A DNA stretch of 62,072 nucleotides, the filler included, from Collodictyon triciliatum (Eukaryota), in NCBI GenBank assembly GCA_043381765.1. It is 4 parts of 4 records of this genome, joined end to end, with 100 filler letters (N's around TTAATTAATTAA, not from the genome) between each part and the next. Parts side by side here need not be neighbours in the genome. Positions count along the whole stretch, not along the records: positions 1 to 18,493 come from JBHJMP010001002.1; positions 18,594 to 28,603 come from JBHJMP010001004.1; 2 more parts are not named here. One strand, written 5' to 3'. Below, one piece after another: positions 15,052-26,700 of the stretch. Under the pieces are notes generated by a model that worked only from the letters and a program-made list of their open reading frames with translations, had not been told where the DNA came from and made no database searches. The first letter of the stretch is position 1, and every line of letters starts with the position of its first letter. The translations under genes were made by a program, and so were the position numbers.

Positions 15052-16533
15052 TCAGTTGATGAGATTGCCGATGGCCATACGATTGAGATGGGAATGGACA
15101 GGCGAGCCTGCAAGTGCCCGGGTGCGCAGAAGGGAGCGCGGCTGAGGAGCACGGCCAACCTTTGTGGGCATGTCGACATAGTCGTGGATGGAGGGCGCGT
15201 GCTGCGGATGAGACTGAGACTGAGACTGAAGCTGGAACTGGAACTGGGGCAGCTGCTCAGGCAGGGTGTGAGCGAGAGTGTGTGCCTCGATGGCGAGGGC
15301 GTTTGCCTGTGGGCGCAGATGCCAGACATCGATGGTGAAGCCGGCCTGCGTGGCGACGGTGCGGTCGCAGTAGTCTCTGCGGGCGTGTGCGGCCCGCTGA
15401 TGCATGCGAGGACGAGCCGGGGCGGCCTTTGGATTGGAGCCAGGATTAGCACCTGGATTTGCACTTGCACCAGCACCAGCATCAGCATCGGCATCGACAT
15501 CGGCAATCTGGTGCCAGCGGTAGCGACACTGCTGGTCCGTGCGGCCGGGGATGGCGTGGGCCATGCGCTTCCAGTGCGTCGCGCCGTGTGTGCGGACGAG
15601 CAGGCGCAGCAGGCGGTCCTCGTCCGGCGTCCACTCGCAGCGGCGGATGTGCGGGTTCAGCACGCGGTGCCAGCGATGGCAGCACTGCTCCGCCGTCCGC
15701 CGCTGCGCAAGCACGTCTGCCGCGTGCGCCACCACCGCGTGCCATCCCTCCCGGCCCACGGCACGCACCGCCCGGCACAGCGCCCGGTCCTCCTCCAGCG
15801 TCCAGTATCGCGGGCCCTGCTTTGCCCGCCGCACGCGCCTCACATCCACCTTTGCCTCCGCCTTGTCCTCGCTCTCGTCCTCCTGCTTCAGCCCCGTCGG
15901 CTGCCCCTCCCACTCCGCCTTCACGCCCGCCCGCTCTCTTCGCCGAACCTCCGCCTCGTCCTCCGTCTCCGTCTCCACGTCCTGCTGTTGCGGTGTGTGG
16001 CTGCCCCAGTTGCCCGCCCCTCGCGCTGTCGGCGGCTGGTGGAAGGCCGCCGCCGCCGTCAGAAGAGCCATCGTCTTTGTCTGCTCCATTCCGTCTGTCT
16101 CTCTGGTCTGCCCCTGCGTCTTGGGGTCTGCTTGCTCTTGGGAGTCTTGCGTGTGGGGAGAGAGTGCGGGGGAGAAATAAGGCGTGAACGATTGTGCCGC
16201 TGTTGTGGCGCTGGGACGGAGCGGCTTGGAAATGTTGGGAGGAGGCACAGGTTGCTCCTGTGGCGCCGGAGGAATGGGATGATGCCCGCTTTTGATTTTG
16301 ACATTTTGGAAATTCGTTTGTGCATTGCGGATGCGGGTGGTGGTGGTAAATTTTCGAATTGTGGGTTGGATACTGTGATGTTTGCGGGCGATTTTGTAAT
16401 TGTGGGTTGGGTTGGGTTGGGTTGTGCGACATTGGGGTAGGCTGATAGAAGAGGCTTCTGTTTGTTTGGCGTGGATTCGAGGGTAATGTTGTGGGTGGGT
16501 GGGAGGAGGAGGAGGAGGAGAGAGAGCGTTCAT
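15052..16533 (-). CDS. Two-repeat Myb transcription factor, intronless and GC-rich (start may be the downstream ATG of MEQTKT near 16089)
   Basis: Two Myb repeats with regularly spaced Trp: GPRYWTLEEDRAL..GW..RRTAEQCCHRWHRVLNPHIRRCEWTPDEDRLL..HWKRMAHAIPGRTDQQCRYRW. Confidence 0.92.
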   Translation of the reverse strand: MNALSPPPPPPTHPQHYPRIHAKQTEASSISLPQCRTTQPNPTHNYKIARKHHSIQPTIRKFTTTTRIRNAQTNFQNVKIKSGHHPIPPAPQEQPVPPPNISKPLRPSATTAAQSFTPYFSPALSPHTQDSQEQADPKTQGQTRETDGMEQTKTMALLTAAAAFHQPPTARGAGNWGSHTPQQQDVETETEDEAEVRRRERAGVKAEWEGQPTGLKQEDESEDKAEAKVDVRRVRRAKQGPRYWTLEEDRALCRAVRAVGREGWHAVVAHAADVLAQRRTAEQCCHRWHRVLNPHIRRCEWTPDEDRLLRLLVRTHGATHWKRMAHAIPGRTDQQCRYRWHQIADVDADADAGAGASANPGANPGSNPKAAPARPRMHQRAAHARRDYCDRTVATQAGFTIDVWHLRPQANALAIEAHTLAHTLPEQLPQFQFQLQSQSQSHPQHAPSIHDYVDMPTKVGRAPQPRSLLRTRALAGSPVHSHLNRMAIGNLIN

Positions 16534-18493
16534 GATGGAGCCATGAATGGTTATAAAGCAAAAGATCGCATCTTTATTACGGAAGGATTTTGTCTTCTAT
16601 TTGCATTTGGTTTGGTTCCTTCTACTTCTCACATATTTTTTTCGTATGTCCTCTCGTGGTTAATTATGATTGACTGAATAAAGGAAAAGGATGAATGTGT
16701 CCAGTTTTGATGAAGTTTTCTACTCTCTATTTTGTTTTTCCTTATTGCGCCCTTCATTCTACTTTCTGTTTTGATCAGACAAGGCTTTCGTTCCCTCGCT
16801 TTCATAGCGGCCTTTCATACTTTGTGTGCTGGATTTTTTTTCCCTTCTACTTCACGGGCTAAGTTGCCTAGTTTTCAGCTGTTTTTGTTATTTCAACCAC
16901 ACAGCGATGAAGATGAGAGCAGGCGCGTAAAAGCCCATCAAGAGAATGAAAGAACTGGTGAGGAAGGGAAGGATGGAAACGAGTGGTTGGCTGATGCTGG
17001 TTGATCGGTGGCAGGTATCAAGAACGCGATTGTTCAAAAACATATTAGCCTTCTTAATCTGCCTCACACTTTCATTTGATTTCCTCATTCCCCTTTCATC
17101 CACACGAATCCCTCTGATTTTGTAATTCATCGGCCAGCCTGTGAATAAAAAACTGGGCCATTTATATACCATTACATAAAATTGAACTGAATCAATCGCA
17201 CAAGACAGGACGCAACGTTACGTAACCATATCACTTTCCTTGCTTCTCTATTGTTTGTAACATAATTGTCCATTCCGTCAATGCTTCTTTTTTTTGAATT
17301 TTTGGTTGCTAGCACCATATATGTATAAATTTGTGGTCATCTTGAATTTGCGTCCAAAAAAAAACACATATAAGTATTAATACAAGTCGCCAGTCCGCAC
17401 AAATCCATTGCAAAATGAAGCACGATTCCGAACTTTAATTCATTCTCTTTGGCTGTTTCTCCTTCAAATTTTCATTCGTAATCCTTTTTGCTACATAAAT
17501 ATAGCAACATGAATTTTCGACTATTTGTTCATATTCTTGTTTTCTCTTTTCAATCAACACAATTTTTTTGAATTCGTTATTTCATTAGCCCAATCCTGTG
17601 CCTTATCATGTTCTATTTTTAGACTAATTCCAAAATAGGGTTGGTCTTTGCGGTGTGGTGCCCTGCTCTATTTTTAGACCAGATTTTCAATCCTAAATTG
17701 GAATTTTCAGTGTTTTACTATGAAAATGTTCTCTTTTGGATACTTTTGTGTCTTATTTAAGGATGGTGTGCACGCACACTCGATATATATATGGGTATTC
17801 TCTGTACCTTAATTTCTTGCACCAGAATTGTAACTAATCCGGCGAAGGATGAACACCAACAAAATGTGGCAATCCTCCCTAAATAATTGTATATATATAT
17901 GTAGATAATATATTATATTTACAAGAAATGTAGTCTAATTACTTTGTAATTTACAAATCATATACAATAAAAATTAATTTCCAGATTCAATAATTCCTAT
18001 TTTCATCTGTTGTAATGGTGATGGGACTGCACGCTCCGCAATCACTGCATTACCGACACCGGGCATCACAAATATCGTTCATGCGTAATTTACCTTCCTT
18101 CATTCGCACTCTCTTGATAAATCCATGCGATTAATGCCAGCAACAGTCATACAATACTTCAGTTGCCTTCGTGCACTCAACTTCAGAATACCAAAATCTT
18201 TGGTACGAATGGTAACTGAATCACATTTAATACCGTCTCGAAAGAGACGTAGCTATCTAAATGGCCCTTTTCCTTCATTCAGCACAAAATTTAGTGTGCA
18301 TGTTATTTTGTTGATTATTTAATTTCCTTTTTTTTTTTTTTTTTGTAGCTTTAATACGCATGAATTACTCCCAACAAACAACGGATTGTGACGCAAATTA
18401 TATACAGACTGATGGCTCAAAATGTATTATACCTATAAATCTTCTCATTTCTCGCCCCCCCCCCCCCCCCCCTTTTTTTTTTTTTTTTTTTGG

Positions 18494-18593
18494 NNNNNNN
18501 NNNNNNNNNNNNNNNNNNNNNNNNNNNNNNNNNNNNNTTAATTAATTAANNNNNNNNNNNNNNNNNNNNNNNNNNNNNNNNNNNNNNNNNNNN
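18494..18593. other. Artificial 100-nt scaffold linker N44-TTAATTAATTAA-N44
   Basis: The same construct occurs at 18494-18593, ~28604-28703 and 45411-45510. The 12-mer gives stop codons in all six frames. Confidence 0.92.
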
Positions 18594-18879
18594 TGTTGTG
18601 ATGAAGGTGCGGCATATGCTCTCCAGTGTGTCGAGATGCTTTTGTGGTAGGTGAGAGCCCTTCATGTTGTGGATGAGGGTCGATAGCATGAGTTGGTTCC
18701 ACAATATTCATTTTAAGAGAAAACAAATAAACAAAATAATAATAATAAATAGCCCTGCATTTTCAGATGCATGATTGTATACGAATAGAAGTAGTCAATT
18801 GTCTTGGGTCTGAGTTTATGTGCTTGAGCATAGAGTGAACATAGGAGGGACTGATGAAACGAATAAAGACGCAATTATC

Positions 18880-21129
18880 TTAGGAATCTGCATCTTGTTG
18901 CTCTTTTTGATTCCGTGCTGAGTGTGCAGACCCAGGTATTGATGTTGAAGATAGGGCGTATGCAGCAAGAATCCTTTGAGAAGGCAGCTGAGATGTTTTC
19001 GAGGAGTTTATGATGGCTGATGGTCGTGTTAGAGAAGTGGGTGTGGCGGGTAATCTATCAGTTCGAGGCTGTGAGAGGCTGCTTCCCGTTGATAAATGGG
19101 CATTTGCAACATTAAGAGCCGAGTTTGGTCTTGGAGCTTGATTTGCGACTGGTGCAAGAGTATTTGCTTGATAGTTAAAGGGAAAGTTCCCAGATATTGG
19201 CTGGGTCTGGTCTGTGCTAGTTGGATTTGGTCCAGTCTTTGACAACTTTTGACTGGCCTTCCAGCGAGAATACAAATCTTGAGTTTTCTTACTTCCTGGA
19301 TTTGTTGATTGTTGAGAAGTTGACTCTACGGCTTTAGCAGCATCTTGCATGTCACTGCCATGGGGTGTAGATGCACGGTTTCCTAACCACAGTGCGTTGT
19401 AAATGAATCAATGCATGCTTGAAATGAAGTTAAGAAACCTGTGAGCAAAATCAGAATCTAAATTTCCTTTTATATATATATCTATATTTACTACATAATA
19501 GTGAGTCTATCATATAACAAGTCAAATAAATTATGAGGCAATACCAACGAGCAAGCATGATTACTATCAATATAAAAAAAGAACCCGAGAGATTTGCAGA
19601 CGCGCTGAATTGACCAGACGGATGATGGATTTGAAGGCGAGTCTTTGGTGAAGCTGTATGATGATTTGGGCTCGATGGAGATAGAGTCTGCTTTGGTCTG
19701 GAATCTTTTGCTTTCTGTATATTGACAACCGTATTTTCGGCAAAGTTCGATGCATTTTCACCACTTGAAGCCTTTTGTTGACCACGAATAAGTACACTTG
19801 ATGGCTTTGATGGGTCTGCTACACGATGCTGCTGTTTGTTGCTTTCGGTATTTTTTGGTGACTTTTGCTGGTCAGTTTTTGGACTTGAATCCAAACGAGT
19901 CTTTTGAAAGAAAAGAGAATCGTAAGTCGGAGCTTCCTTGGAGGCTGCTTGAGAGGCGAGAAAGAGAGAAGGATGGAAAGTCTGTAAGTCGCTTGGTAGC
20001 GGTTCCTGTGGAGATTTTGATGTCGATTCGTTTGATGCCCAAGTTTTCACAGTAGACGCTGGTGATATTGGACCTATGATAAGAGCCACATAATAAATGG
20101 TACAGTTGAGAGTTTGATGCGGTAGTGAAATTGTTTAATGATACATCTACATGGAAAACCACTACATATATTTCAAGGGAAATAGAGAGAATTGAGAATT
20201 GAGGAACAAGGAAAAAGAAACGAGGAAAAAGAAACAAGAAAAAAGAGGATAAGATAAAAGGAGAAAGGGCAGAAACTCTAACCGAGCGGTGAAGCGGACT
20301 CCTCCATCAGATGAAGAGAATCCGGCTCACCCTCCAACGAATCGATTGCTGCCAAGGCCTTGAGCCTGCCTTGGCGCTCCTGGTCTAGCAGTTTGTGAAG
20401 CTCATCCACCTCAGCCTTGAGCAGCTTGACTTGTTCACGCGAGTAAGCTGCAGCCAACTGCTCCTGCTGAAGCTGCTGGGCCAAGGACCGGGCATCTTTA
20501 GGGCCGTGTGCAGCCGCCTAGAGGGATTCATCTGAGTGGATTCTGCTCCCTCTGCGCACCCATATGCCAGCGAGTCATTCTGCCTTCAATCGCGCACATG
20601 TGGTTAGCCTCTCTCCTTCTCTCACTCTTTCTCTCACTCTTTCTCTCCTTCTCTCATCCGTTGTGCCTGTCATTGTGGATACCTGCTGCACGCAGACAGC
20701 TGCAATCCGCATCGCCTCCAAAGCACGCATCCGCCAGCCATCGACCTGCTGCACAAGCGACTCGATGATGCCCTGCAAGGCTGCCACAACCCGGGCCGAG
20801 GCAATGGGCTCGTCGTCAGCGGGACTCTCCTCCCTGTGATCGTCGCCCGGGCGGACTCTGCTGCTGCTGCTGCTGTGATCTGCGTGATCCGCGTGATCGC
20901 TGCGGTGCGCTTGCACAAGGAGCCGATCAGCGGCAAAGCCCGGCGTCTCAGAGTGCGGCAAAGGAGTCTGCTGGGCCTGGAAACGGGCGATCGACAAGTG
21001 TGCGTCCCGCGGATCGTGCCGCAGCTCCTGCAGCAGGCCGCTCAGGCGATCGAGCTCCACCTGCTTCTGGCTGAGTTTGGACTGCAGGCCCGAGACCAGC
21101 GTCGAAAAGTCTGTGTCTGCGGAGCTCAT
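18880..21129 (-). CDS. Unknown protein: N-terminal coiled coils plus a long S/P/Q-rich disordered tail, ~4 exons
   Basis: MSSADTDFSTLVSGLQSKLSQKQVELDRL..VCVQQ|AAAHGPKDARSLAQQLQQEQ..LKAEVDELHKLLDQERQGR..|..|GNRASTPHGSDMQDAAK..DADS*. Checked junctions are GT-AG; some internal boundaries are approximate. Confidence 0.65.
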
Positions 21130-21240
21130 GCGGGTGACCTACGGGCAGAAGGACGTCTTGTTTTCTTTGTCTTTTCTCTCGCTTTTTTTGATCTCAGTGC
21201 CAGGGCGACGAGACGGAGCCTTTCTGCTTGTCTATTCTCT

Positions 21241-22086
21241 TTATTTTTTGGGGGCTGCGGTTATGATACTTTGTGGGGTCTGCATTGGCGTCTGGTTTGG
21301 AGGATCCTGCGCGACGATTCGAAAGGTGAGTCGGCTGTTCGTCTCGCTTGGATGCACGCGGCAGAGGCTTTGCAGGGCTGCGATGACGACGGTGAAAGGT
21401 GTGTGTGGATGCGCATGGAGGCACTGTGTGATGTCTGCCTCGTGCAGGACGTCCGTGGGTGTCTGCGAGTCCTCCTGCTTTGGAGGGTTTGGGGTTATGT
21501 GGGTGGCCATCAAGAAAATGGAGGGGAAAAGGAGAGGAAAAAGAGATATGTCCAATACAGTAGGATTTGTTGAGGGGTCTCTTTTCAAAATCAAGTAGTT
21601 GAGAGCAGTGATGATGGCGTTAAGCTTCTCAAGGCCGAGTAGATTCTTCACATCTCTGTTAGTGGGGAATGGAATCGGATCAGTTTCTATGAACTGATAA
21701 ATAACGCAGATTAGGATAGAATAAACAAAGAAAGGGAAATAATTAAAGGACAGAAAAAAGAATAAAAAAATTAAATAGAAAAAAAAAAGATGACGTAATG
21801 ACATACGATACGTCGATTTGCTTACGAGGGTATTCGGCCATATTCAATCGCATTCACAAGGTTGATTGTGCGATGTGCAGCGTGTTCGGTTTGTTTGTAT
21901 CGCTTTGTGGCATGGGAGCCGAGTCGCGATGATAGGTCGACTACATCATCCACGGGGGTAATTCCTCCGGAGTGATGGGTGCTAAACACTGAGTTGGATG
22001 CACCTGGTCTATGAGCAACGTGAGGGGCTAACTATTATCTTTTTTTATGTGCGATGCTTATTTTCAGATTATTTATTATTATATTA

Positions 22087-22131
<45 letters not shown>

Positions 22132-23446
22132 TCAAAAAAGTGTGGCTTTTATATAAAATATAATTATTTTTTTTGCAATTCGTGTATTTTTTAAAAATGA
22201 TTTCGTGATGGATTGCTTTCAAAAAAAAAAAAAGGAACATTATTTTTTCTCGTTAAGCATTGATTTACTTTCGTTTGCTGTCTTCTTTAAGGACTGGAAA
22301 TGTACTTGTCATCAAAGCATGATGATTTGAAACGCCATATTTATGCATTAGTTGCACCGACTGGGTCTGTCGTTCAATTTGGCCAATAAGAATCTAGAGG
22401 GTAATAAACATTTAACAGTCTTATGGTCAAATACAATGCTTGTGCAATAGAGCAAGCTTTAGTGATTAGGGCAGCAACAAAAAATACATCCATTATATAT
22501 ATATATATGGGTTATTAGCTTAAAGCGGATGATATCATCCTAACGCACTTTGGCCGAGTGCAGTGCAGCCTTTTCATCTCTCAGATGCTGTCCAAGTATG
22601 CAAAACTCGTTTTCCAATCGAACAAGCCTATCATGAAGAATAGCGAGGGCAGAGTCTACCTTTTGCCGATCTAACCATAATATACCAATAAAAGTAGCGA
22701 GTTTGTTATAGTGATCTAGGAGTGCATTAACTCGAAAAATCACGACTTCTCTTTGGCGAAGTGAATTGACATATATATGCATTAGATACATCATATTTTT
22801 GCGCAACAAGCCAAAGCGAGCGTGAGGATGCACAGACTTAAGAATAAGAAGAAAAGGAAGAAAAGGAAGAAAAGGAAGAAAAGGAAGAATAAGTAGAAAA
22901 GGAAGAAAAGGAAGAAAAGGAAGAAAAAGAAGAAAAGGAAGAAAAAGAAGAAAAGGAAGAAAAGGAAGAAAAGGAAGAAAAGGAAGAAAAGGAAGAAAAA
23001 GAAGAAAAAGAAGAAAAGGAAGAAAAAGAAGAAAAGGAAGAAAAGGAAGAAAAGGAAGAAAAGGAAGAAAAGGAAGAAAAGGAAGAAAAAGAAGAAAAAG
23101 AAGAAAAAGAAGAAAAAGAAGAAAAGGAAGAAAAGGAAGAAAAGGAAGAAAAGGAAGAAAAGGAAGAAAAGGAAGAAAAAGAAGAAAAGGAAGAAAAGGA
23201 AGAAAAGGAAGAAAAGGAAGAAAAGGAAGAAAAGGAAGAAAAGGAAGAAAAAGAAGAAAAAGAAGAAAAGAAAGGGACATAACGAGGCGAGACGAGGTAT
23301 CTGGAAATATTACCAGCACTTTGCAACCGCGCAAAGCCCGTCAACTCTTGGGTCAGGTCGTCGCAGTGCCGGATCAGCGAGAAGAGAGCGTCCGTTGAGT
23401 CTGTCTTATCGGCTGTGCAGCGGCGTTCACCTTCCTTCGGATTCAT
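21241..23446 (-). CDS. Ska (spindle and kinetochore-associated) complex subunit, Ska1/Ska3-like, 6 exons
   Basis: In-phase splicing gives an N-terminal helical region LFSLIRHCDDLTQELTGFARLQSA|DRQKVDSALAILHDRLVRLENEF..AK|ILIGQIERQTQSVQLMHKYG (Ska3 has KYGY). The C-terminus INLVNAIEYGRIPS|DVKNLLGLEKLNAIITALN..VLHEADI..VIAALQSLCRV..LTFRI resembles the Ska1-type winged-helix microtubule-binding domain. Recognised from memory of the family pattern. Confidence 0.62.
22847..23270. repeat. (AAGAAAAGG/AAGAAAAAG)n 9-bp purine-only repeat in the first intron of the Ska-like gene
   Basis: About 420-nt tandem array; source of the spurious FLP/SSF ORFs. Confidence 0.95.
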
Positions 23447-23771
23447 GACCGGGAACCCTCGGGTCTTTGTGCTGCTTCTCCTGCAAACTCGCTCGGGTGT
23501 GTGACATCAATGGGAGAACACCAAACTCACACAATCAACACGAAAATCCTGTGGGTGCGCGATGACAAGAATGAGGATTCGATTTATTTCCGCAATAGGG
23601 ATGGAAGCTTCCTCTTCTGTCATGTTCCGTACATCTGTTTTGGTATGATTGGTATCAGACCTTCTTTTCTCCTTTTCTCGTCTTATTTTCTTTTGTTTTT
23701 CATCTTTTCTTTTCTTTTCTTTTCTTTTCTTTTCTTTTCTTTTCTTTTCTTTTTTCTAAATACAAAGGACG

Positions 23772-26700
23772 TCAAAAATCAACCTTGTCACAGAGTGTGC
23801 GCCATTTGAGCATCCAATCCTTGAAGCTCAGCCCGCCCACCGCAACCCAAGGCACGGTGTACTGCGCAGGCTGCGACCACCTTTGAAAGATATATGCTGG
23901 ATAGTTCCTTTCTGCTGTTTCTTTTGCGCCCATCTAAAAAGATATATGATATGGGAAATAAAAATGAAATCGCATGAGCTCTTTTTCATACCATTCCTGC
24001 AAGAATTCTGCAATCACCATAACTTCCTTCAAGCTAGCCTCCACAGCTTGTATCCTAGTGGTAATGACAGCGTTTAAGACCGGGTTAGATTTGTCTGCTC
24101 GGCGAGGCTGCAAACTTGTAAGGTGAAACGAATGGTAGCATTACAACAAGTTTTTGAGATATAATCAAATATATGTTACTGTGCAGTTATTTCTGGAGTC
24201 TGATTTGTCGCGATTGCTTTCTCCAGCGATTGTATACGGTTCTGCATGTCTTTTTGGGCCCAATTACATTTACAAGTAGAAAGAAAATTAGTAAATGGGC
24301 ACATTTCAGAGGCTACCAACCATTTTTGTGGGATCAATCAACATAATAGACCATGGTTCAAGACATAACAAATTCGGATTTACATGCACAAATGCAGAGA
24401 TGAAAACAAAGATAAAATAAAAGTTCATTGAAGCCACATAATTCTAAAAAGACAGAACCTGATACGCCTTGAATATTCATCCAACCACACGCTTCTGCTT
24501 GATTTCGACAGTCGGAAAGTTGCATTGACCTTGCTTCGATGCGTTTAACATCGCAGTAAACTACAGATATGTTTGAATTTGGTACTAAGGCATTTATGAT
24601 ATATACTTTTAGCGGTTTCAGCAAATTCAGGATAGCCCATTATGAAATTTTTAGAGAAAAGGTAAATTTATGCAGAATAATCTAGATAAAATAATCACGT
24701 TTTCGCTGAGCGCATATAAGGTCGTTTACAATACAATCAATCGATTTATAGGCTGGAAATGAGAAGCTGCTATATAATGCAGATATGTGCACGTGTTTTA
24801 TTCCTGACAATGCCACAGCCGTATCTGAATAGCCAATTCTTTCACTAGAAATTGTTTTTGTATTGATATATTACAAAATTAGTTACATGCAAAGGTTCCA
24901 TAAGAATAAGACTAAAATTAAATGTAGAAAAAACACTACTGGTTGTCTTATTCTCACTTTCCAATTCGAATGCGACGAATTTTATCCAGTTCTAAATTGT
25001 ATATCATCACAACTTCTGGTTTGGCGTAGTTTCGAATCTAAAAGGAATCGAAGGATTTTTTTGATACCAGCCATACACTAAAAGTTTGTTCTATAAGGAG
25101 TCAGATATATTCATCATGACGACTAATTAAAGTTATTTTTAACCCTTGGTATCAAAGCAGCAATTGTTTTCTGGCACGGGTTGATGACTTCGTCTACAGC
25201 TTTGAGGCTATGTCGGTGTACTTCTGTTTGTCGTTAATAAAGTGACTCAACTAATTCATTGATATATGTGAATAGTACGCGAATAACAATCACATTTAAA
25301 AAAAAATTTTTTAAAAAAAAAGACACCTCCAAAGGAAATACGGTGTTGTAAATTTTGCTTAATCAAGCGTTCAATCATCATCTGCTTGCTTCTCTACAAT
25401 AATAATACATGATTTTGATGAGTGCATCAGGATGGTTTTTTTTACAATGAATCAGGTTTATAAGACATCACGGTATGTGAGAATGTATTAGTAGAGCCAA
25501 ACGGTAATCTGATCAAACTCTTGAATTGCGTCGTATTTCAGCTTCATCACCTCATACTGTCCCAGAAGTATCTCTCCTATATTATCATCAATTATATTTT
25601 TCCCTTAACAAACATCGCATTTTGAAATGCATTACTTCGAAAAAGTAGCCCAATTTCAATTTAAACTAAAAGAAATTATACTTTTGTCCTTATAGTCATG
25701 AGCTATGCCCTTCAATACCATGGAGACTTCTTGTTCCCCTTGACATTCGATATCCATCATAAAATATTTTCTGTGATGCAGAATAGGGGGTCTCTTATCA
25801 AAATGTTTCCAAAATTAAAGTAGATAAAGGCTTTAAGATTGCTCACAAGATGAGAGGTCTAACTGTTTCAGGATACTCTGTCAGCCTTTTTTGAAGAGAT
25901 GGCATAGTTTGGTTAAAGAGCTTCATTGTATCATCTTCAATATTTAAAATCTAAACGAAACAAACTGGCCTGAGAGAGTTAAAAATTTTCATCAATGGGC
26001 ATATATTATCGAATAATGTCAAAGAAAAGTAAGAATTATCTGGCTTTTTTGAAGCGAAGCTTTTGAACTCATACTTTTTCTTTATCCATAAAGATTTTCA
26101 TATGTTCAGAGCGCATCTCTCCAAGAAGTCTCTGGACACTTTTGAGAACAGACGGCGTTTGTGAGTTGTCCTGAAACTGTCCTTCCTCCATCCCCAATCT
26201 CAAGTGTATGAAATAAATGACAAATAGTATTAAGTTCGATAATTGGTAAATGTAGATATTTTTCAAATTTGAAATCATGAGAATTTAAGTTGACATCATA
26301 AAATTTTATATACTTTAATAGCTCTGCATCACGAATCAGATCGATTGATTGGGTATCCCTTGAAACTTGAATGGACGCACGAGCAGTTAAAGCACACATC
26401 ATTTTCAAAAAAACACCTGGTTTCCACCGTGAGATTACTTCCTTTTTATTTATTTATTTATTTTTTTTAACAAAAAAAGAGTTTTTTAATAAAGCACCGA
26501 ACCAAAATAAAAAAACTGCTGTGATGTTTATTTTATTTCTTTTTTTAAATTGCGTTTTTGAAAGTTAAGGTTCTATACATCGAATTGTAGGTCTGGGGGC
26601 AAATCCTGGTTATTCTCAAAGTATGTTTCCTCATCCTGGTGAAGATAGCTGGTGTATTTGGTTTTCAAATAGTTGACTATTTTTTCATTCGCTTTGATAA

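Noticed and set aside
15088-16561. Long overlapping ORFs on both strands over the Myb gene (450, 359, 242 and 213 aa)
   Set aside because: Shadow ORFs caused by high GC and few stop codons; only one frame has Myb motifs.
16676-16690. GAATAAAGGAAAA, resembling the 3' end of micro-insertion family A
   Set aside because: The match is only 13 nt of low complexity and has no flanking target-site duplication.
18455-18491. poly(C) then poly(T) run
   Set aside because: Sits at a contig end next to a linker; likely low-quality sequence.
18538-18549. Palindromic TTAATTAATTAA recurring at 18538, 28648 and 45455
   Set aside because: Always centred in a 100-nt N block and encodes stops in all six frames, so it is an assembly linker. 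Adjacency across these points should not be trusted.
20836-21598. Plus-strand ORFs of 245 and 173 aa
   Set aside because: Antisense to GC-rich exons of the minus-strand genes, with non-ATG starts and no recognisable motifs.
22540-23446. ORFs with (FLP)n or (SSF)n repeats, and the similar poly-Y/I/L/F/C/V/EK ORFs elsewhere
   Set aside because: Translations of intronic microsatellites or N-gaps; the flanking exons splice around them in phase.
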